IMG/VR virus record: IMGVR_UViG_3300009610_000028
Span: 1-64,000 of that record
Reading direction: 5' to 3' (one strand)
DNA: 64,000 bases
From: a virus
Part shown: piece by piece, positions 56,471 through 64,000 of the stretch
Position numbering within the stretch: the stretch's first letter is position 1
Layout of the letters: every line of letters begins with the position of its first letter
Notes under the pieces: model-generated
Databases searched by the model: none
What the model was told of the DNA's origin: nothing
Seen by the model: only the letters and a program-made list of their open reading frames with translations
Made by a program: the position numbers and the translations under genes

Positions 56471-59188
56471 TTATTCCTTCCTCGTCAACCAACCATCGAC
56501 CACAATCCAAGGTCGCACGTCAGCCGGAGCCTTTTGCTCCCATGAGAGATTGCCGATCATTCGCTTGTTGTCCGTGTACGCCCCATACGGGAAGCGACGG
56601 CGGACTTCTTCGATTACCACGCTCTTCTTCCACTCGTAGCGCTTCTCGGCAGGTAGCCACTCTTGGAACTTCTGGAAGAACTTACTGAACTCGACCATCT
56701 CGCCCGGTACTTCGTGCAACTCGGCAAGGAAATTGTCCAAAGCACTGCGGTTCATTTCCTCGGCGTGCTCTTTGTTTCGAGTCTTGATTGCTGGAAGCAA
56801 GAGGCGGCTGTGAGGCGAGGGCAGAGTCAGGTCCATGATCGTCCGCATGAAGTGCGAAGCTTCCTCTTCGAGCTTCGACATCAGGTGTCGTTTGGGAATC
56901 TCGTCGCCGGGCAGAAGGTCGGGCACGAAGAGCACGCAGATGCGTGTGTCACCAGGCGGGATCGGGCAGGCTTTCAACTCATTGGCAACGTGAATGATGT
57001 GGAGCGTGTTCGGCTGCGAGTACGCATCCGTCCGCATCTTCCTGATCCACAGCACGGGGCTGGTCACCCAATCCTTGAGCTTGTTGTAGGCCGATGCGCC
57101 GGCGGTCGAGATGTCTTTCTCTTCGACGTAGGCCAGCACGCAGTTCGCAAGCTCGCCGTTGAAGTCTCCCGTATTCGTGAGTGCCCGGTCGGCTGATGCC
57201 ACGCCCTTTGTCATCAGCAATGCGATTGCCTCATGCAAGATCGACTTGCCGCTATTCTGATTCCCATACAGGAATAAGTAGGGCAACGGATGGAACGGCT
57301 CTTTGAGGAGTGAAGCGGTCCAGTACAGAAGGTAATCGGCACCGTTCTTGATGTTGTTCTCGTGGCACCACTCGTCGCGGCGCACAGCGGCATCGAGGTC
57401 TTGGCCACAATGCTTGAAGATGCGATCCCAGTGCGGATGGAATGGGGCCTCATCGTCACTCAGATTGGCGGGCTGGAAGCGATACTGAGCCGCATCGAGG
57501 TTCCACTGGCGGTCGCCGGGGTACTCTGCCTGGAAAGGCAGGTTCACCAGCTTCCATGATTTGCCGATGGTGCTTCCAAGGATGAGTTCGACTTCTGGCT
57601 TCGTGTTACCTAGCGTCAGGAGGCGCAGCTTCACCTTCTCGGTCGAGAAGCGTTGCCAGCCACCGTCCGTGCTACGCAGATACCAGCCAGCGTCCTCGCG
57701 TGACGGCGTGATGAGTTGGCGGATAATGTTGTCGTACTCAGCGAAGCCGGCATCCTCTTTCTTCGTGTCCGTTTGGACCTCGAAAACTTTGACCCACTTG
57801 CCTTTCTTGCTTAGCCATCCGTCAATGTCACCGCGATCACGATCCTTCTCACGCTTGAGGATTTGCATCACCAGGCGGCCGTCCTTGTGCGGCTTGAGGA
57901 CCGCTCGTCGGCTCTTGAGCTTCTCTGGGAACGTGATCTTCTGTCCGAGAACCTCGGCAGCTTTCACGGCATCTTCGACGTTCTTGAATGCAAAGCCCCC
58001 GACATCCGGGTCTTCCTTCCCACCGAGCGACTTGGCGGCGACGGCTAGGTTTGGCCGCCTGTTGAAGAAACATTCCGTCCAGCCCTCTTTGTCCTGATTC
58101 CAGGTCTCGGCCTCATTGATGCCAGGAGAGAAGCGATAGACTCGCCAGCCGCCATGTTCCAAAGGGAACATGAAGCAATTTGGTGTGCCGGGGTCTTTAC
58201 CGTTGGAGATCGTCTTGAAGACGCCGACCAGTTCAAGCTCCTCGGCTTGCTCACTCATCAACTTGGCCAGGGCGCAGGTATGCGTCTGGAGAAGATGGTG
58301 GTCGGGCACCCAGATCGCCGTGAAGCCTGACGACGCCAAGGCGTCCAGGACAGCCTTGTGCTTCTCGTCGAGCGGCACGATCTTGCGAGCGGACGCCAGC
58401 GCCTCGAACGGATCGAGATGCTCGTCTTTCATTTCGGTGTGGACGCGGACCTTGGCGCGGCGTCGAGTAACAACCTCGATGTGATCCCGCCAGTTAGTCG
58501 GCAGATCAGAGAGCGACAAAGTTTTCTCGGCCGACTTGATGAGCTTGAGACCCTCGTTGGCCTCGCTCATCTTGCGATGCCAAATCCACATATTGCCACC
58601 GCAGGCGTCGATCTGACTTGCAAAGTCAAACCCCGTCTCCGACGACATCATGCCGAGCACGGCTCGGCCGAGGGCCGCGTGCTCCGTGTGATTCGATGTT
58701 GGAATGCCGGCTTCGTCGAAGTACACGTAAAGGTGCAGACCGTTGCCGCCAGTGCTCTTACGCACTTCGACATACGGCAGACACTTTGCGGCTTCCTTGA
58801 CTCGATCAAGCTCTTCATCACTGACGCCGATGCCCTTGGCATGGCCCACGATGGAGTCGAAGTCGAATCCGAGTGCGCGGCTCTTGCGTGCTGACCAATC
58901 CCATCCTGTCCAACCGATGCCTTCCGCGTGAAGGTCGAGTGGCCAGCGGAGTTCGTAGTCACGAAACTCTGGCGATGAGGATGCGTTCTTTGGAATGCGG
59001 ATGTTGAACCACTCGTACACGCCATCTGTGTAGGTGTTCGGCTTCCCGTCAACACGTTCGCCGTTTCCGGCAGCGACGTTTATCTGTGTCTCCATGAATG
59101 GAGTCCAGCGGTCCAGGAGATCGGGACCGTTGTGACTGGCGCGGCGTGCGCGCAGGAAGTTCTGGATGGCTTCCGTAACCTTGGGCAT
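56471..59188 (-). CDS. Primase-helicase: AEP-like N-terminus plus SF3-type helicase
   Basis: FDFD and STGGNGLHLY AEP motifs; YGNQNSGKS Walker A; YVEE Walker B. Confidence 0.85.
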   Translation of the reverse strand: MPKVTEAIQNFLRARRASHNGPDLLDRWTPFMETQINVAAGNGERVDGKPNTYTDGVYEWFNIRIPKNASSSPEFRDYELRWPLDLHAEGIGWTGWDWSARKSRALGFDFDSIVGHAKGIGVSDEELDRVKEAAKCLPYVEVRKSTGGNGLHLYVYFDEAGIPTSNHTEHAALGRAVLGMMSSETGFDFASQIDACGGNMWIWHRKMSEANEGLKLIKSAEKTLSLSDLPTNWRDHIEVVTRRRAKVRVHTEMKDEHLDPFEALASARKIVPLDEKHKAVLDALASSGFTAIWVPDHHLLQTHTCALAKLMSEQAEELELVGVFKTISNGKDPGTPNCFMFPLEHGGWRVYRFSPGINEAETWNQDKEGWTECFFNRRPNLAVAAKSLGGKEDPDVGGFAFKNVEDAVKAAEVLGQKITFPEKLKSRRAVLKPHKDGRLVMQILKREKDRDRGDIDGWLSKKGKWVKVFEVQTDTKKEDAGFAEYDNIIRQLITPSREDAGWYLRSTDGGWQRFSTEKVKLRLLTLGNTKPEVELILGSTIGKSWKLVNLPFQAEYPGDRQWNLDAAQYRFQPANLSDDEAPFHPHWDRIFKHCGQDLDAAVRRDEWCHENNIKNGADYLLYWTASLLKEPFHPLPYLFLYGNQNSGKSILHEAIALLMTKGVASADRALTNTGDFNGELANCVLAYVEEKDISTAGASAYNKLKDWVTSPVLWIRKMRTDAYSQPNTLHIIHVANELKACPIPPGDTRICVLFVPDLLPGDEIPKRHLMSKLEEEASHFMRTIMDLTLPSPHSRLLLPAIKTRNKEHAEEMNRSALDNFLAELHEVPGEMVEFSKFFQKFQEWLPAEKRYEWKKSVVIEEVRRRFPYGAYTDNKRMIGNLSWEQKAPADVRPWIVVDGWLTRKE

Positions 59189-59242
59189 GTGTACTCCAGA
59201 AGGGAGAGAAGACGCCACGATGGCGTGCTTGACTTGCTGGAG

Positions 59243-59274
59243 ATACTAGAAGCAGAATGTTCGCCGGATTCCAA
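59243..59274 (-). promoter_or_regulatory. 32-bp promoter-like motif, copy 2, facing primase-helicase
   Basis: Reverse complement TTGGAATCCGGCGAACATTCTGCTTCTAGTAT. Confidence 0.75.
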
Positions 59275-59554
59275 CCTCGCGGCTGTCTAGCCGTTAGAAC
59301 TAGCAGAATCGGTATCGGTTGTAGCGATGCGCCTAATTACTCCGGTCCTGTCGGACATACTGCGCAATGAATGAATTGATTCATTCTTCTATATTACCTC
59401 ACGCACAAGAAAGTATAGAAGGCTAACATATATGCCGGTAATGTAGGCCGCCGTCTCGTTCATCTGGCACTACAGTCGTCACAGTCGTTACTGTCGGCAC
59501 AATCCCTACAGGCTACGCATTCTTAGGCAATCTCTGCTTGCCGCGTTGGCCACG

Positions 59555-59586
59555 TTGGAATTCCTCAAGAATTCTGCTTCTAGTAT
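59555..59586 (+). promoter_or_regulatory. 32-bp promoter-like motif, copy 3, facing parB
   Basis: TTGGAATTCCTCAAGAATTCTGCTTCTAGTAT. Confidence 0.75.
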
Positions 59587-59613
59587 TGGCAAGTAAGAAC
59601 GGAGAACAGCCGC

Positions 59614-60510
59614 ATGGACGACAAGGTTGCGTTCCTGCCCGTTGATCGTCTTTTAGAACCTAAGAGTCTGCTGCGGCTGGTTGATCGGAACTCACTCGAC
59701 TACATGCAGATGCTGGACAGCATCCGCGAGTGGAAGGTGTTGAAGCCGATCCTCGTTAGACCGTCCTCGCAAGACGGGTACTACGAGATCATCGACGGTC
59801 TGTATCGCTATAGCTGTGCTAAGGATGCCGGCCTGGCAACAGTGCCCGCGCACATCAAGCACGGCGTCACAGACGACGACGTACTGATCCTGCAAATTCA
59901 GACGAACGCGATCTCGCCTGAAACAAAGCCGATGGAGTACGCCGAGCAGATGAAACGTCTGCTCGTGCGGAAACCGGACTTAACGGTGCGTGAATTGGCT
60001 CGCCTCATCCGCAAGTCAACCTCATGGATCAATGATCGCCTCGGATTGCTAAACCTTCGCAAAGAGTTGAAGCAAGTTGTGGAGCGCGGAGAAATCTCGC
60101 TCGCCAATGCTTACATGCTCGCGAAGATTCCCAAGTCGATGCAACTCGACTATGTGGACCAAGCGAAGACGATGCCAGGTAGAGCCTTCAAGGCGCTGGC
60201 CGCTGCTTGTGTAAAGCGATTCATGGAGGCGGTGCAACAGGGAAAGATGGATGCCTTCTATGCGGAGCAATTCTCTCCGCAGGCCCATCTCAGATCGCTA
60301 ACGGACATCGAGAACGAGATCAGCAAGCAAGGGGTCGGAGCACTGGTTGCGGTGGGTGAGGGCTGCCAAACCGTGCTGGACGGCTTCTATGCGGGCCTGC
60401 GTTGGGCCTGCCATCTCGATAGAGCCAGCGTGCAGGAACAAGAAGCCACGATTCGTGGCCGGGAAAGGCAGGTGCTTGATGTATCTGCGCTAGACGAAAG
60501 TCCTAGCTAA
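59614..60510 (+). CDS. parB: ParB/RepB/Spo0J-family protein
   Basis: SI-x-E-x-x-VLKPILVRP, YEIIDG-x-x-R, HTH LTVRELARLIRKSTSWINDRL-x-LL. Confidence 0.88.
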   Translation: MDDKVAFLPVDRLLEPKSLLRLVDRNSLDYMQMLDSIREWKVLKPILVRPSSQDGYYEIIDGLYRYSCAKDAGLATVPAHIKHGVTDDDVLILQIQTNAISPETKPMEYAEQMKRLLVRKPDLTVRELARLIRKSTSWINDRLGLLNLRKELKQVVERGEISLANAYMLAKIPKSMQLDYVDQAKTMPGRAFKALAAACVKRFMEAVQQGKMDAFYAEQFSPQAHLRSLTDIENEISKQGVGALVAVGEGCQTVLDGFYAGLRWACHLDRASVQEQEATIRGRERQVLDVSALDESPS

Positions 60511-60560
60511 ATTTCCTCTCACATTGAAACAAGAACCCTCAAATTTCGGAAACCACACAA

Positions 60561-61301
60561 ATGAGTAATGCTTTAGCCGTCCTTGATCCGAATCTTCTCC
60601 CTTCAACGCAACTCGGCACTGACGACCAGTTTGAGGAGGCCAGTCGTAGTACCGGCTTCCTCGGTCGCATGCAGTTGTACTCGAAGGGCCGTGCCATTGA
60701 TGAGGGCCTGATTCCGCCGGGCAACTACGGTATCCCGGAGACAGACAAGAAGATCATCAACCTTGGCAAGGAGATCGACATCCTCCCGTTGGCCCGCCGC
60801 CTCAAGGCACTCGACATGAGTGACAAAGATGCGGTGATCGCGAACTACGATGCAACGAGTGACACGTTCCTCGACATTCAAGCGCGCAGCAAGGAAAGCG
60901 AATCGGGCTGCCAATGGGGCACCAGCTTCCTCGTCATTGAGCGAAGCACGAGACGGTTCCTGGAGTTCTTCTGCGGCACCAAGAGTGCCCGCCCTGTCGC
61001 TGGCGAAATCGCCTGGTACTGCCCGCTGAATCAAGCGGACATCGACCGCAAGGCTGCCAAGGGCGACGACGTGAGCAAGCTGTTCGTCCACGGTCCTCTG
61101 CCTTGCACCCTCAAGGTGCGGCTGGCCAAGGGCGGTAGCTTCTCGTGGCACGTGCCAGAGCCGCAAGAGTGCTCGATGCCCTTCACCAATCTCCCGAAGA
61201 TGGAAACCATCATCGCGGAGATCAACAAGTTCGTCGCGGCGAAGACGGATGGCGATGAGACGGTCAAAGAGCCGGCCGGCAAGAAAGTCCGCGCTCGCTA
61301 G
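60561..61301 (+). CDS. Hypothetical replication-module protein, possibly ssDNA-binding
   Basis: 246 aa, strong codon bias, position; SWHVP motif; function is a guess. Confidence 0.6.
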   Translation: MSNALAVLDPNLLPSTQLGTDDQFEEASRSTGFLGRMQLYSKGRAIDEGLIPPGNYGIPETDKKIINLGKEIDILPLARRLKALDMSDKDAVIANYDATSDTFLDIQARSKESESGCQWGTSFLVIERSTRRFLEFFCGTKSARPVAGEIAWYCPLNQADIDRKAAKGDDVSKLFVHGPLPCTLKVRLAKGGSFSWHVPEPQECSMPFTNLPKMETIIAEINKFVAAKTDGDETVKEPAGKKVRAR

Positions 61302-61397
61302 ACCCATTTTGGCGGTCTAGTCCTTTTGCCGGACAGAGACTTCTACACCGTTCCGGGATTCGTCCCGGAGCGGTTCTACTTACACAACGAGGCACAC

Positions 61398-61622
61398 ATG
61401 CGATACGTCTTGATTTTTCTGGGCTTGCTCGCACTGCCTGGCTGCCATCTACAAATGGGCACGCAGCCGGCCAATCCGTATGGCATGCCCAAGCCGCCCA
61501 CCACGCCGCCCTACGAGAAGCCGTACTACGAGCCTCACCCTGAGCCTCGATACGACTACTACCAGGGCCACGGCCCGCAGCCGGTTCATGTGCAGCCGGC
61601 CCCGCGCCCGTACCAGTATTGA
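61398..61622 (+). CDS. Small Pro/Tyr-rich lipoprotein
   Basis: Signal peptide with lipobox LPGC; GAGG RBS. Confidence 0.65.
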   Translation: MRYVLIFLGLLALPGCHLQMGTQPANPYGMPKPPTTPPYEKPYYEPHPEPRYDYYQGHGPQPVHVQPAPRPYQY

Positions 61623-61659
61623 TGCTTGTCTGTCACGCGGGCGTTGCCGGCGTGACCCG

Positions 61660-61753
61660 ACGCCGATGGTGTAACGGTTAGCACGCGGGAACGGGTTCGG
61701 TGCATGCGCCGATCAGCGTCTCCGGCGGATGCGGTTCGACTCCGCACGGTGTC
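61660..61753 (+). ncRNA. tRNA-like element with non-canonical anticodon arm
   Basis: D arm TGGTGTAACGGTTAGCAC, T arm TGCGG-TTCGACT-CCGCA, acceptor ACGCCG/CGGTGT. Confidence 0.6.
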
Positions 61754-61846
61754 CTTCTATGCGGCGTGGCCACGCCGCGATCTTCGGTGGAGTGGGCTGC
61801 GCCTTTCAAGCGGGGCCTGCCACCGTTTTCTTACACAGGATTTGCC

Positions 61847-62089
61847 ATGAAGGTTTGGTCGTTGCGCCCATTGGACGAAGCACTTGGTCCGTGGGTTCCG
61901 TGGGAAGACAAGTGCTTTGGATTCGTGATCGCCGCTGAGGACGAAGCGACTGCTCGTGCTATGGCTGCCGGCGATCCTGGCGACGAGGGGGCGGATGCCT
62001 GGTTCGATCCTACGATGTCCTCTTGCATCGACATCTCTTCTAACCCACCGGCCGAAGCCACGGTCATCATGCGCGACTATGCGTCATAA
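61847..62089 (+). CDS. Conserved hypothetical phage protein
   Basis: AGGA RBS; D...GFVIAAEDE-x-x-AR motif. Confidence 0.7.
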   Translation: MKVWSLRPLDEALGPWVPWEDKCFGFVIAAEDEATARAMAAGDPGDEGADAWFDPTMSSCIDISSNPPAEATVIMRDYAS

Positions 62090-62099
62090 AGGATAACGA

Positions 62100-62627
62100 A
62101 TGCCTGTCGAAGCCGTGCTCATTCAACAGCCGGCAATCGACTTCACAACTCTTCTGACAATCAGTGGCCAAGCTCTCGGCCACAACATCGCCCGCGAGGC
62201 TGACACCAGTCACCGCAAGATGGCGGATGCTGAGAAGTTCCTGTCGTGCCTCTCAGCACTGCGGGATGAAGTCGTTGCACCAACTCCCAATCTTCTATCG
62301 CACGTCTCGTTCAGCGTCCTCTTGATCGCTGACAACTACGACCTACTAGACATCCTCGAATGCGCCTCCGGTATGCCGTTCGTGCGGGCTGAGACTACAG
62401 CCCCACAGGACATCGACCTGTGCGTCATCAGTGGAACGCTCCAGCAGTGGCGAGATGCCGTTGCCACGGGCACGTCCGAGTCAGTGTCGTCAAACGTGCG
62501 CCTCTGCTACTCAAAAATCCTTCTGCTGTTTGATCGCGTCGGCCTCTCGAACGTCTGGAAAGACTACGAGAAGCGCCCGTCCGCAGATCACAGCGGCTTC
62601 TACTTAGAGGACAAACGGCGTGTCTGA
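62100..62627 (+). CDS. Hypothetical protein with partial ThyX-like features
   Basis: LSHVSFSV and ISGTLQQWR resemble ThyX segments; RHR signature absent. Confidence 0.55.
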   Translation: MPVEAVLIQQPAIDFTTLLTISGQALGHNIAREADTSHRKMADAEKFLSCLSALRDEVVAPTPNLLSHVSFSVLLIADNYDLLDILECASGMPFVRAETTAPQDIDLCVISGTLQQWRDAVATGTSESVSSNVRLCYSKILLLFDRVGLSNVWKDYEKRPSADHSGFYLEDKRRV

Positions 62628-64000
62628 AATTCTCGATGTCAAACTCACTACTCGAACTTCAAGCGGAAGACTGATTCGTTCATCGGCCAAGATTGAATAC
62701 AAGGACGGCCGCATCTACTTCGTCAAATCGCCCTTCTCGCTCAAAGACGAGATCAAGGCAATGCGGGGATCGCACTGGCACGGCCGGGAAGACGATTCCT
62801 ACGAAGACTACCGGAAGATTTGGTCGGTCGATGACTGCCAACGCAATCGCTTCCAACTTGGCTTCCTCATGGAAGAGGATGTCTATGCCTGGTTCGACCG
62901 CGACCTGATCCAGCACACCTATGAAGGCACGACGCTCGATGGGCTGCCCAAAGAGTTGATGCCCCACCAGAAGGACTTGGCGGATAGCGGCCTGACCTAT
63001 CACTTCCAACTGTGGGCTGCGGAGATGGGCGTCGGCAAGACGCTGGCCGCCCAGAAGGTGATTGAGAAGAGCGGCGCGAAGCTTTGGTATTGGATCGGAC
63101 CCAAGTCGTCGATACCCAACATCAAGCGTGAGTTCCGCCGATGGGGCTTCAACTTCGATGGCCCAATCAAAGTCGAGTTCATCACCTACGAAGAACTCGT
63201 TCGTCGCGTTGACGATTGGAACTGGGAAAGCGACAAGCTTCCCCAAGGCGTGATCTTCGACGAGTCCAGCCGCCTCAAGGGCGCTACGAGTCAACGGACC
63301 AAGGCCGCTCAGCGGCTGGCCGATTGGATTCGCGAGCACTACGGCGTCGAGAAGGGCTTCGTCATCGAGATGAGCGGAACGCCGTCTCCGAAGTCGCCTG
63401 TCGATTGGTGGAGTCAGTGCGAGATTGCCTGGCCTGGCTTCCTGCGAGAAGGCAGCCCGAAGGCGCTGGAGCAACGCTGCGGCTTTGTCGTTATGCAGCA
63501 GTTCGATGCGGGAGTGTTCCCGAAGCGGATTGGCTGGAAGGACGATGAGCGGAAATGCAAGCACTGCGGTCTCTTTGAAGAGGCCGGTGTTCACGAGCTT
63601 GATCCAGACGCGGCCGAGGCGGACTTTCACCGCTACGATCCGAGCATCAATGAAGTTGCCTTCATGTACGACCGGCTCAAGGGCCTGGTCGTAATCAAGC
63701 ACAAGAAAGATTGCTTGACGTTGCCGGACAAACGCTACCGGAAAATCATGTGCCCGCCCAACGCGAGCACGCTCCGAGTGGCCAGTGCGATTGCCGAGAG
63801 TGCGCCCAACACGATCACGGGCTTGACGCTGCTCCGCGAATTGAGCGACGGCTTCCAATACCGCGACGTGGAAGATGGAGAAATTCCTTGCCCGCACTGC
63901 CCGAAGAGTTGCGGGGAGATTGAGGAATGGTTCGATCCTTCTGACGAAGAGGCAACCTACAGTGCCATCGAGTTCCTCAGTGAGGAGTTCGTGGCCAAGC
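62620..64000 (+). CDS. SNF2/DEAD-like superfamily 2 helicase, truncated by window end (not in ORF track)
   Basis: GTG start with GAGGA RBS; LMPHQ, EMGVGKT, IFDESS, MSGTPSPKSP-x-DWWSQ; frame open to 64000. Confidence 0.88.
   Translation, partial: MSEILDVKLTTRTSSGRLIRSSAKIEYKDGRIYFVKSPFSLKDEIKAMRGSHWHGREDDSYEDYRKIWSVDDCQRNRFQLGFLMEEDVYAWFDRDLIQHTYEGTTLDGLPKELMPHQKDLADSGLTYHFQLWAAEMGVGKTLAAQKVIEKSGAKLWYWIGPKSSIPNIKREFRRWGFNFDGPIKVEFITYEELVRRVDDWNWESDKLPQGVIFDESSRLKGATSQRTKAAQRLADWIREHYGVEKGFVIEMSGTPSPKSPVDWWSQCEIAWPGFLREGSPKALEQRCGFVVMQQFDAGVFPKRIGWKDDERKCKHCGLFEEAGVHELDPDAAEADFHRYDPSINEVAFMYDRLKGLVVIKHKKDCLTLPDKRYRKIMCPPNASTLRVASAIAESAPNTITGLTLLRELSDGFQYRDVEDGEIPCPHCPKSCGEIEEWFDPSDEEATYSAIEFLSEEFVAK

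Noticed and set aside
61660-61753. Canonical tRNA gene
   Set aside because: No 7-nt anticodon loop can be assigned and the acceptor stem is one pair short; reported as tRNA-like only.
62680-63897. 405-aa minus-strand ORF
   Set aside because: The plus strand encodes a helicase with clear motifs, missing from the track only because it has no stop in the window.
1-64000. Stop-codon reassignment
   Set aside because: Long conserved genes are intact in the standard code and end in TAA, TAG and TGA.

Overview
The window is a 64-kb segment of a GC-rich tailed-phage genome, probably a siphovirus (long tape measure, no sheath gene). From left to right: (1) 1-1850, a repeat- and hairpin-rich region with small leftward cassette-like genes and duplicated promoters; (2) 2-12 kb, small hypothetical genes plus a metallophosphoesterase; (3) 12.4-18.5 kb, a serine resolvase with a catalytically degenerate tandem paralogue, an ATPase and an exoribonuclease; (4) 18.7-55 kb, a rightward morphogenesis block: probable TerS, a cluster of envelope-targeted cysteine peptidases and thioredoxin-type proteins, minor virion proteins, GpA-type TerL, portal, modular fibre/spike genes, scaffold, P22-like coat, neck, two tail-tube paralogues, a frameshifted tail chaperone, tape measure, tail-tip genes and ClpP; (5) 55-64 kb, replication genes diverging from a ~420-bp intergenic region: exonuclease, dNMP kinase, primase-helicase, ParB, a tRNA-like element and an SNF2-type helicase. 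Most notable: scaffold and coat share an N-terminal leader (N-x-W-Y-x3-A-x-V-A-C-Y) conserved at protein level, suggesting a maturation signal analogous to but distinct from the Prp/NLQFF system. Also notable: the peptidase-thioredoxin envelope cluster, a 32-bp motif repeated three times upstream of key operons, and the GGCGGAGAC repeat field. All calls come from motif reading by eye; no database search was run and the host is unknown.
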